Under the pieces are notes generated by a model. The model searched no databases, was not told the DNA's origin, and saw nothing but the letters and a program-made list of their open reading frames with translations. Of a stretch of 64,000 nucleotides of DNA, positions 56,629 through 64,000 are shown piece after piece. The stretch comes from Candidatus Micrarchaeota archaeon (lineage in GTDB: Archaea; Micrarchaeota; Micrarchaeia; Anstonellales; Bilamarchaeaceae). The stretch's first letter is position 1. Every line of letters starts with the position of its first letter. Made by a program: the position numbers and the translations under genes. The DNA lies in the NCBI GenBank assembly GCA_964647855.1, contig CAZYJW010000003.1:67431-131430 (forward strand). Reading direction: 5' to 3'.

Positions 56629-57450
56629 ATGGATGTCAGGCTCATAATGGCCGTATTGGCTGTTTCCATGCTCGCGCTCGGATGCACAGGCATTATGGAA
56701 GGCGGCGCTTCCTCATCCGGCGGCTACGGTGCCGTCAGGGAGGCCATGGCGCCGGCCCCTTACGAATACGCCGAGGACGGCTATGGCGAATCGGGGCAGT
56801 ATGTCGCGAAGGCCGGCTCCATAACGCTGAAAGTGCCCGAGGGGACGCTGGAGGACCGCTTCGAGGACATGAAGGAGGACCTCCGGGCGGAGGGCGCCTC
56901 GGCAAGCGACATAAGGTACGGCGAATACGGGAACCGCAAGCAGTACACGATGACCGTGAAGGTCGCGCCTTCGAAATTCGAGGCCATCAGCGACATGCTC
57001 AAGGAGGCGGGCGAGGTCAAGGACATCTCGGTCTCGCTCGAGGATGTTTCGCAGCAGTATACTGACCTCGCGACGCGCATCTCCAACAAGGAGGCGGAAG
57101 TCGCACGGCTGCGGGAAATGTACAACATGAGCGGCAAGATAAGCGACCTGCTCGCGGTCGAGCGCGAGCTGACGAGGGTCGAGACCGAGCTCGAGCTTCT
57201 CAAGGGACAGAAGCAGAATCTCGAGTCCCGGGTCCAGCGCTCCACGATAGCGATAACCATGTACGAGGAGAAGCCCGCCACCACCCAGCTCACGAATCCG
57301 CTTGAGAACCTCGGGGGGCTGTTTTTCGGGGCGCTTGGCGCGGCGATAACGCTGCTCGTTGTTGCGGCGGGGTTCCTGCTCCCGATAGCGCTTGTGCTCG
57401 CCCTGATTTACCTGGGCGCGAGAAGGCTGCTGAAGAAGAAGCAGAAATGA
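56629..57450 (+). CDS. DUF4349-like lipoprotein with C-terminal TM
   Basis: Lipobox LGC; EDVS.QY.DL..RI..........ERELTRV..E.E...G coiled coil; C-terminal TM. Confidence 0.85.
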   Translation: MDVRLIMAVLAVSMLALGCTGIMEGGASSSGGYGAVREAMAPAPYEYAEDGYGESGQYVAKAGSITLKVPEGTLEDRFEDMKEDLRAEGASASDIRYGEYGNRKQYTMTVKVAPSKFEAISDMLKEAGEVKDISVSLEDVSQQYTDLATRISNKEAEVARLREMYNMSGKISDLLAVERELTRVETELELLKGQKQNLESRVQRSTIAITMYEEKPATTQLTNPLENLGGLFFGALGAAITLLVVAAGFLLPIALVLALIYLGARRLLKKKQK

Positions 57451-57471
57451 GCCGGCGGGCGGGGGGCGCCT

Positions 57472-57798
57472 TCATACCTCGACGGTATGGGGGCTCCCGA
57501 CCTCGGATTCCACGACGAGCCTGGCCTTCCGGTCGGAGCGCGGGAAGACGAAGTCGACGCTCTGGCCCTTCCTTATCCTTTTCCTTTCGAAGGTTATCTC
57601 CTCCTCCCCGAAGCGGGCGATGACGCTGACGCGCGCCAGGTTGCGCTTCGCGGTCACCGTGAGGCATGTGTTGGCGCCCTCCTTCCTCTTGGTGTAGGTG
57701 AAGGCCTTGAGGTTGAGGATTATCATGGCCAGCACGGCTATCGCGGCTAGAATCAGCAGGCCCGCGCATCCTGCCACGAGCAGCTCGTCATCGTTCAT
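57472..57798 (-). CDS. Small membrane-anchored hypothetical protein
   Basis: N-terminal TM; ATGA overlap with the PIN gene. Confidence 0.6.
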   Translation of the reverse strand: MNDDELLVAGCAGLLILAAIAVLAMIILNLKAFTYTKRKEGANTCLTVTAKRNLARVSVIARFGEEEITFERKRIRKGQSVDFVFPRSDRKARLVVESEVGSPHTVEV

Positions 57799-58187
57799 AC
57801 GTATCCCAGCTTGGATTTCGATTTCAGCGTAATGACTTTAATATCGAGCGCACGGAGCCTGCGGCGCAGGGCGCTGTCGTTCGTGCACACGATGGCGGAG
57901 TTCTCCCGGGCATAGGACACTATCCAGTCGTCCACGTGGCCGCCGCCCTCCACGATGTCAATCGCTGCGCGGTTGGCTTCGACGAGCTTCTGGGCTAGGC
58001 GCGCCGCCATGCCGTCCTTGCCCACCCGCCCCCCGAGCCTCCGCAGCTCGTCCATGGTCCGGCTGCACACCACGTAGCGGTGGCTGTAGTCGATGAGGTA
58101 GTCCAGCTCCCTGAGTATGTCTATCCTGAACCGGAAGGGGACCAGAAGGAAGTTGGTGTCGAGGACGACGGGCCGGGGGGGCATCAT
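57795..58187 (-). CDS. PIN-domain protein (Fcf1/Utp24-like)
   Basis: VVLDTNFL, EL, HVDD.I, VCTND..L.RRL. Confidence 0.92.
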   Translation of the reverse strand: MMPPRPVVLDTNFLLVPFRFRIDILRELDYLIDYSHRYVVCSRTMDELRRLGGRVGKDGMAARLAQKLVEANRAAIDIVEGGGHVDDWIVSYARENSAIVCTNDSALRRRLRALDIKVITLKSKSKLGYV

Positions 58188-58321
58188 GCAAAGAACAAGG
58201 GCGCGGCATATAATCCTTTCGAAGCCGGACTTGGGGTAAGGTGTGGGAAAAAGTGAATATTTATAAATACTTGGGGGCTAAATATGGTCAATAGGAATAA
58301 TCACGGGAGGGTGATTGTTGA

Positions 58322-59050
58322 ATGGCAGGCAACCCGGTTGCGAATGAGGAGATGACGAAGAAGAGCGGCCCGCAGAAGGGCGATGAGAAGAAGGAGAGTC
58401 CTACTGAACAGAAGGGCATTGGTGGCAGGTTCGCGAAGATGAAGGGCCTTGTCGCCGGCCTCATGGTGGCCTCGGCGCTCGGATTGGGCGCGCAGGCGTG
58501 CGGCGAGAGCGACGACAGCCTTCCGCCCGTTCCGGACGCTTCGGTCTGCGACGGCGGCGACTGCGACACCGACACCGGCCCCGACGCCGATGTGGACACG
58601 GATGCCGACACCGACATGGACGCCGACACGGACCTGGACGGCGGACCTGACGCGGACACGGACGTGGACGCTGATACTGACGCCGACACGGACCTGGACG
58701 GCGGACCTGACACCGACGCTGACACGGACACCGACAGCGGCCCTGAATACCCGGTCTGCGACACGGCATCCGAAGGCTCCTGGAGCGGCGTGATTAGCGC
58801 TGGCACCCCCAAGATTGTCGGCGGCCACTCGTTCGACTACACCGGCCTAAACGGCGACGGAGATGCGGTCTTCAACGTCGGCTGCGGAAGCGCGGAGACG
58901 CTCGTCATGGAATGCCCGCCGGGCGAAACGACCTCTGTCGAGGTCACATACCAGACGCCCTCGGGCACGAAGAGCTTCACCGTTTCGGTCGATATGTACG
59001 TGGCGCTCGATTACTCGTGCCAGGGCGCGCTGAGCGTGGAAGCCCTTTGA
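58322..59050 (+). CDS. Lipoprotein-like surface protein with Asp-rich D-x-D repeats
   Basis: Hydrophobic stretch ending AQAC; about 55-aa DADTD/DLDGGP tract; Cys-containing C-terminal beta domain. Confidence 0.75.
   Translation: MAGNPVANEEMTKKSGPQKGDEKKESPTEQKGIGGRFAKMKGLVAGLMVASALGLGAQACGESDDSLPPVPDASVCDGGDCDTDTGPDADVDTDADTDMDADTDLDGGPDADTDVDADTDADTDLDGGPDTDADTDTDSGPEYPVCDTASEGSWSGVISAGTPKIVGGHSFDYTGLNGDGDAVFNVGCGSAETLVMECPPGETTSVEVTYQTPSGTKSFTVSVDMYVALDYSCQGALSVEAL
58619..58711 (+). repeat. 33-bp direct repeat with 60-bp period within the D-x-D tract
   Basis: gacgccgacacggacctggacggcggacctgac at 58619 and 58679. Confidence 0.9.
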
Positions 59051-59070
59051 GCGTTTTTTCTTTTTCATCC

Positions 59071-59463
59071 CTATTTTACGCCCAGGACCTCCTGGGCCTT
59101 TCCGAAGTCCTTCTGCATGGGCCTTATCGCGACCTCGGTGAAGTCCTGCTTCCGGCTCACTATGTAAAGCGATTCGAGGTTCACGCCCTTGTTCGCGAGC
59201 TTGCGGGTGATTTTGCCCAGCTCGCCGGGCCGGTTCATCATCCGGTACACGATGGTATCCGCCTCCTTGACCTCGACGCCGGTGATTCTGGAGAGCGCCT
59301 TGGTCGCCGTGGCCACGTCGTTCGTGATGATGCGGAAGACGGCCTTGCCGTCGAGCCCGTACGCCGATATTGCCTCGATGTTGACGCCGACCGAGCCGAG
59401 CGTCTCGGCCACCTGTGCGAGCGAGCCGAGGTCGTTCCCTGCGATTACGGTTATCTCTTTCAT
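59071..59463 (-). CDS. Tandem ACT-domain protein
   Basis: N..G.LA.VAE.LG..GVNIEAI and NRPGELG.I...LA..GVNLE. Confidence 0.88.
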   Translation of the reverse strand: MKEITVIAGNDLGSLAQVAETLGSVGVNIEAISAYGLDGKAVFRIITNDVATATKALSRITGVEVKEADTIVYRMMNRPGELGKITRKLANKGVNLESLYIVSRKQDFTEVAIRPMQKDFGKAQEVLGVK

Positions 59464-59521
59464 CAGATACCACCCTCGAAGGTGATTCCCTCCCAATATT
59501 AAATAACCTTTCCGTGAGAAG

Positions 59522-59845
59522 ATGATGAACATGGTGACGAAGCAGGACATCCTCGACAAGATGGCCCTCGTCATCGACCCCGAGCTCGGCATAAACATAG
59601 TGGACATGGGGCTCGTCTATGGCGTGGACATAAGGCCGAAGGAGGCCGGGGCGCCCCAGAAGGTCCGGATAAGGATGACGTTCACGACGCCGGCATGCCC
59701 GCTGATAAATGAGATGCTTAACGAGGTCGCTGCCAGGCTAGACGAGTTCAAGGACCTAGATATCGAACTCTCGGTCGTCTTCGACCCGCCATGGACGGCG
59801 GACCGCATGAGCGAGAGGGCGAAAATAAGGCTGGGGATGGTGTGA
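59522..59845 (+). CDS. DUF59/MIP18 (SufT-like) Fe-S assembly protein
   Basis: VIDPELGINIVDMGLVY, MTFTTPACP, VFDPPWT.DRMS. Confidence 0.93.
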   Translation: MMNMVTKQDILDKMALVIDPELGINIVDMGLVYGVDIRPKEAGAPQKVRIRMTFTTPACPLINEMLNEVAARLDEFKDLDIELSVVFDPPWTADRMSERAKIRLGMV

Positions 59846-59849
59846 TTGC

Positions 59850-61154
59850 ATGAGGATTACGTTCTACGGAGGCGCGCAGGAGGTCGGAAGGGCGTCCATC
59901 CTCCTCGAGGAGGGCAACAGGAACCTGCTTCTCGACTGCGGCATCAAGCTGGGCGAGAAGACGGAATACCCGCTGCTGCATGAGGACGAGCTGCGGCGCA
60001 TCAACGCCATCGCCGTCTCGCACGCGCACCTCGACCACAGCGGCTACCTGCCCCACGTGTACTCCAAGAAGGCGAAGCCGAGGATATTCGTCACCAAGCC
60101 GACGCGCGACCTGATGGGCGTACTGCTCTCGGACTACTGCAGGATACACCACGGGGAGAGGGAGCAGAGGAAGCTCTTCGGGCAGAAGGACGTGGACGGC
60201 GTGATGAGGGACGCCATCATCCGCGAATACCACGAGCCTTTCGACGCCGGATTCCGGGCCGAGTTCTTCTCCGCCGGGCACATCATGGGGAGCGCGATGG
60301 CCCGCGTCGAATACGGAGGGGGGAAAAAGGTCCTCTTCAGCGGGGACATATGCATGAGAAAGAGCAGGGTCCTCGACCCTTGCGAGAGGGGAATCCACGC
60401 CGAGACGCTGATAATGGAGAGCACATACGGTTCGCGCACCGACATAGTGCCCAGCTACAAGGACAGCTACCAGAAGATGGCGGCGATAGTGAAGGAGACG
60501 CTGGACAAGGGGGGGCATGTCATAATCCCGTCGTTCGCTGTGGGAAGGGCGCAGGAGGTCCTGCTCGCGCTTGACGATTACATGCGCTCCGGCGCGATTC
60601 CGGAAACGAAGATTTTCATCGAGGGCATGATAACCAAGGCCATGAAGATATACAGGCACAACGCGATCTATGCCAACGAGGACATCAAGCGCAGGATACT
60701 TATGAGCGAGGACGACCCGTTCAAGAGCCCCAATTTCCACCATTCGAGGGTGAAGACGAAGGAGGACGTCCTTAAGGAGCCCTGCATAATAGTGACCACC
60801 TCGGGCATGCTCACAGGCGGGCCGGTCCTTTTCTACCTCGAGAAGCTGGGGAGGGACCCCCGGAACACCATGATTTTCGTGGGCTACCAGGCCGAGGGCA
60901 CTCCCGGAAGCCGTGTCATCGCGGGCGCAAAGTCGTTCCGGGTGCGCGACAAGGAGATACGGCTCGGCCTGAGGGTCGAGAGCGTGAGGCTGACCGGCCA
61001 TGCGGACTTCAACGAGCTGGTCCAGTTCGCGAAATCCGTCAGGGGCCTCAAAAGGATATACCTCATGCACGGGGAGAAGACAGACCTCGAGGACGCCCTG
61101 CACAAGGACTTCGACGTCGTGACCCCCAGGCTCCTTGAGACCTACCAGATATAG
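59850..61154 (+). CDS. Beta-CASP metallo-beta-lactamase ribonuclease (aCPSF2-like, no KH domains)
   Basis: GGAQEVGRA, SHAHLDHSG, AGHIMGS, MESTYG, SFAVGRAQE, LTGHAD. Confidence 0.93.
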   Translation: MRITFYGGAQEVGRASILLEEGNRNLLLDCGIKLGEKTEYPLLHEDELRRINAIAVSHAHLDHSGYLPHVYSKKAKPRIFVTKPTRDLMGVLLSDYCRIHHGEREQRKLFGQKDVDGVMRDAIIREYHEPFDAGFRAEFFSAGHIMGSAMARVEYGGGKKVLFSGDICMRKSRVLDPCERGIHAETLIMESTYGSRTDIVPSYKDSYQKMAAIVKETLDKGGHVIIPSFAVGRAQEVLLALDDYMRSGAIPETKIFIEGMITKAMKIYRHNAIYANEDIKRRILMSEDDPFKSPNFHHSRVKTKEDVLKEPCIIVTTSGMLTGGPVLFYLEKLGRDPRNTMIFVGYQAEGTPGSRVIAGAKSFRVRDKEIRLGLRVESVRLTGHADFNELVQFAKSVRGLKRIYLMHGEKTDLEDALHKDFDVVTPRLLETYQI

Positions 61155-61235
61155 CGGCGGCCCGAAGATTTCCTATTGCCTGCCGCAGGCTGGACGGATG
61201 GAAAAACAGAAGGAAGGGCGGGAAGCCCGCCGATT

Positions 61236-63341
61236 CTATGTGTACTCCCAGCACTCCGGCTCGAGGACAAAGACGTCCTTCCAGCAGACGTGCGTCGGGT
61301 CCCCGTCGACGATGGCGGTTATCCTGACCGTGTTGTGCGGGTCGGCCGTCACGGTGTAGTAAGTGCCGTCGCTGTCCGAGTCCGAGAGGGTTATCCCGCT
61401 CTCGGCGCTCCAGGAAACGCTGGTGCAGCTCTCGTTGGCATGCGGCCCGCACATGATGCCCACCCAGCCGTAATAGCCGGGGAAGGCGTTCTCGGGCCCG
61501 CTGCCAATGGTGCACCACTGCGTCGAGCCCGGGTCGTCCGGGTCGGTGTCGTTGGTGTCGTTGCCGCCGGAGGTGTCGTTCACTACGGTAATCGGCGCGA
61601 AAACAACAACGCCCACCATCGGATCGGGCATGCCTGACCAGGACGCGAAGCCGCGCAGGTCGCCGGAATCGGGGGATGCCGGGGAGTTGTATGTCGTGCC
61701 GTCGGTGCTCGAGTCGCTCGTGCTGCCGCCAAGGCCGTTCACCGGGTCGTATTCCGCGTCGTCCGGGTCGTCCTGCACGGTGTCCACGAAGCAGTTGAGG
61801 TCGAACCATCTCGACGAGCTGATGTTCATCGTCGCGCTGGGCGGGATGAACTCGCACTCGTACTCGTTCCCAAGGCCGTCGTCAGTCACATCCACGTCGG
61901 AAAGGCAGTGGGCGATGCCGGAGCGGTAGTTGAGCGTTCCGCTCGAGCCCTGGGGCGAAATGGAATACGCCCATGCGTACGAGCTCGTCTTCTCGATAAA
62001 GCCCCCGTCAAGGCCGAGCCAGTACCAGTTGCTGCCCGAACACGGAATCGTGTCGCCAGCCAGGTTCTCGCAGGTGACGAGGTATTCCGCCACAATCATG
62101 GGCGCGACCTCGAGCTCGGGTGGCTCTATCTCGCATGTTATCGCGCCGGAGAGGTCTATCGTGTCCGTGCATGTCGCCGCAGAGCCGCACGTCGCCGAGA
62201 CGGTCTGGCCGGTGAAGGTCAGGACCGTTCCGCCGGATGCGCCGGCTCCGCGCTGGATGAGGACGTAGACGTCCTTGTTGGCGCCGGAATTTATCTGCTC
62301 GTTGAAGCCGTTCGAGGCCGGGCAGAGCGATGGCGGGAAGCCCAGCACGTCGCATGTCGCGACCGGGAATGCCATCACCGAATAGTCCGGATTCGAGCTG
62401 GAAACGGACGTCACCCTTATCGGGTCCCCGCTGTTGTGCATCGTCGCCTCGAGCATTATCAGGTCCTCGTCGAGGAGCGAGCCGCTCGCGGAGACGCTGT
62501 TTAGGACCTCGTTGAAGCTGCATGTCCCGCCCGAGTTCACGACCTGAACCGTGACCGTGTCGGTGGCGGAGGTCGATGGTATCGAGGGCGCGTTGTGCGT
62601 GAAGTAGTCGAGCCAGAACCATGACGGGTTGTCGGGGATGTCGAGCGGGTGCTTCACCACCGCGGCGAAGCAGCTCACCCCGGAGAGGCTGGTGGTGATT
62701 GCGTGGGCCCCTGAGCCGGTCACGGCGAAATCCACATTGCTCACTGAAGGCATGTCGGAGCTTCCCTTCACGGTGGCTCCGTCTTTCACCTGCAGCGTTC
62801 CCTTGCAGAAGACGGCGGCGCCGCCCTCCTTGCCGCTGATGAACACGCCGGATGCGTTGTTGTACGTTATCGGCTGGTTGTAGAAGTTCGATTCGCCAAG
62901 GGCGCTGTATTTGGACGGGTCCTGGGAGAAGTCGTTGGAGTCGCCGAACGATTTCTGGGTGTTCCATGCGGACGAGGCCAGCCATGCGATGTTGCGGTTC
63001 GAGCTTACGCCGCCCGCGTTAATCATGGCGGGGCAGTAGCCGCCGCCGCAGGTCGGGTATATCGCGGTCGCTGCGAAATCGGGCGTCGCCCACTTGGCAT
63101 TGACCGAAGGGATGACCCGAAGCGTGGCCCCCGAGCAAACCTCGTCCCCGTTCTGCAGGTTGTTCGGGTCGCCGCTTGCGACGTCCCCCGATACCACCCT
63201 GAGCGTGAAATCGCTCGTGAACTGCATGTCCGTGTCGAAGTGCCATGTCGAGTCCGAGCCGCGGAAGTTGGCGTTGTTGACGTCGGTCGCGAACGCCCCC
63301 GCAGCAAGCAGGGCCAGCAGGGCAATTATTCCCATCCTCAT
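61236..63341 (-). CDS. Large secreted, Cys- and Ser/Thr/Asp-rich multi-domain surface protein (about 700 aa)
   Basis: Signal peptide MRMGIIALLALLAAGAFA; repeated Ig-like beta patterns; no C-terminal TM. Confidence 0.75.
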   Translation of the reverse strand: MRMGIIALLALLAAGAFATDVNNANFRGSDSTWHFDTDMQFTSDFTLRVVSGDVASGDPNNLQNGDEVCSGATLRVIPSVNAKWATPDFAATAIYPTCGGGYCPAMINAGGVSSNRNIAWLASSAWNTQKSFGDSNDFSQDPSKYSALGESNFYNQPITYNNASGVFISGKEGGAAVFCKGTLQVKDGATVKGSSDMPSVSNVDFAVTGSGAHAITTSLSGVSCFAAVVKHPLDIPDNPSWFWLDYFTHNAPSIPSTSATDTVTVQVVNSGGTCSFNEVLNSVSASGSLLDEDLIMLEATMHNSGDPIRVTSVSSSNPDYSVMAFPVATCDVLGFPPSLCPASNGFNEQINSGANKDVYVLIQRGAGASGGTVLTFTGQTVSATCGSAATCTDTIDLSGAITCEIEPPELEVAPMIVAEYLVTCENLAGDTIPCSGSNWYWLGLDGGFIEKTSSYAWAYSISPQGSSGTLNYRSGIAHCLSDVDVTDDGLGNEYECEFIPPSATMNISSSRWFDLNCFVDTVQDDPDDAEYDPVNGLGGSTSDSSTDGTTYNSPASPDSGDLRGFASWSGMPDPMVGVVVFAPITVVNDTSGGNDTNDTDPDDPGSTQWCTIGSGPENAFPGYYGWVGIMCGPHANESCTSVSWSAESGITLSDSDSDGTYYTVTADPHNTVRITAIVDGDPTHVCWKDVFVLEPECWEYT

Positions 63342-63358
63342 GTCTTCCCACCCGTTTT

Positions 63359-64000
63359 TTACCTGTCCCTCCTTCTGGGGACCGTCTCTCCGCTGATTCT
63401 CCGCTGCCGCTCCTCTGCGCTTTCGAACCACAGCTGAGGCGTCAATGTGATGTTGAGGCCGCCATACGGCGTGCCGGGGACGCGGAGTTCCTCCCTCCCC
63501 CCGGTCTCCCCTATGTAGCCGCCGCGGATGTCGACCGAGACCCCGCGGTCGTAGCGGAATCCGAACGCGCCGTATCCGTCGAGTGTGTGTATGCCCTCGG
63601 TGGCGTTGAAGTCGTAGCGGAAGCCCGGGCCGAAGAAGAGCGTCCAGTTGGGGGTCGCCTGGATTGTGAAGTCCGCCGGGCGCAGGTCGAAGCCCACGCG
63701 GTGCTGTTGGAGGAAATACGAGTACTGCGGCGTGACCTCGGAACGTATCCTGAGGGTGTTGCCCTCGAGCCAGCGGCCCTCGAACGAGACGTTCGCATAG
63801 ACGTTCTCGGGGCTGCCGACCCCGCCGATGCTTATCTGGTTCATGCGGACCATCATCCGCTGCCCTTCGCGGCCGGGAAAGTTGAGCTGCGCGCCCCAGG
63901 GGCCCACGAAGAAGGTGTCCGCGCCGGTGCTCAGGCGCTCGGTCGTGCCGGCGCCCGTCTGGACGTCCGCGCCTATCTCATAGCTCTGGTATCCGACGCT
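63359..64000 (-). CDS. C-terminal part of a beta-strand-rich protein (start lies beyond the window)
   Basis: Frame open from 64000 (SVGYQSYEIGADVQ...) to the stop at 63359; alternating aromatic/Gly strands. Confidence 0.7.
   Translation of the reverse strand, partial: SVGYQSYEIGADVQTGAGTTERLSTGADTFFVGPWGAQLNFPGREGQRMMVRMNQISIGGVGSPENVYANVSFEGRWLEGNTLRIRSEVTPQYSYFLQQHRVGFDLRPADFTIQATPNWTLFFGPGFRYDFNATEGIHTLDGYGAFGFRYDRGVSVDIRGGYIGETGGREELRVPGTPYGGLNITLTPQLWFESAEERQRRISGETVPRRRDR

Overview
GC-rich archaeal chromosomal window, most likely Candidatus Micrarchaeota (DPANN). The assignment is inferred from a ~390-aa epsilon2-type tRNA-splicing endonuclease with an ARMAN-type GTYK loop and from multi-intron tRNAs. 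Most genes are housekeeping: rnhB, endA, argGH, psmB-aCPSF1, pyrF, dys, priL-priS, cdc6, copA, eIF2-gamma, rps6e, pdaD, tfe, purB and Sec61beta. Four intron-containing tRNAs are present (Arg-TCT, Trp-CCA, Ser-GCT, Leu-TAA); Arg and Trp each carry an extra non-canonical D-loop intron at 15/16. No rRNA, CRISPR array, integrase or transposase was seen. The strongest unexplained signals are: (1) a cassette directly upstream of both long-variable-arm tRNAs, made of a 43-50 nt hairpin that copies the tRNA acceptor stem, a T, and an exactly 22-nt conserved linker (two copies at tRNA-Ser, one at tRNA-Leu); (2) a tightly coupled five-gene membrane operon around a VirB4/HerA-like ATPase, with no relaxase or mobile-element context, a candidate DNA/protein translocation machine; (3) two coupled paralogous hyper-acidic Trp microproteins missed by the ORF track; (4) a shared bistable hairpin in introns of different tRNAs; (5) a lower-GC orphan island with a duplicated 28-bp promoter. 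All family assignments come from motif recognition by eye; no searches were run.
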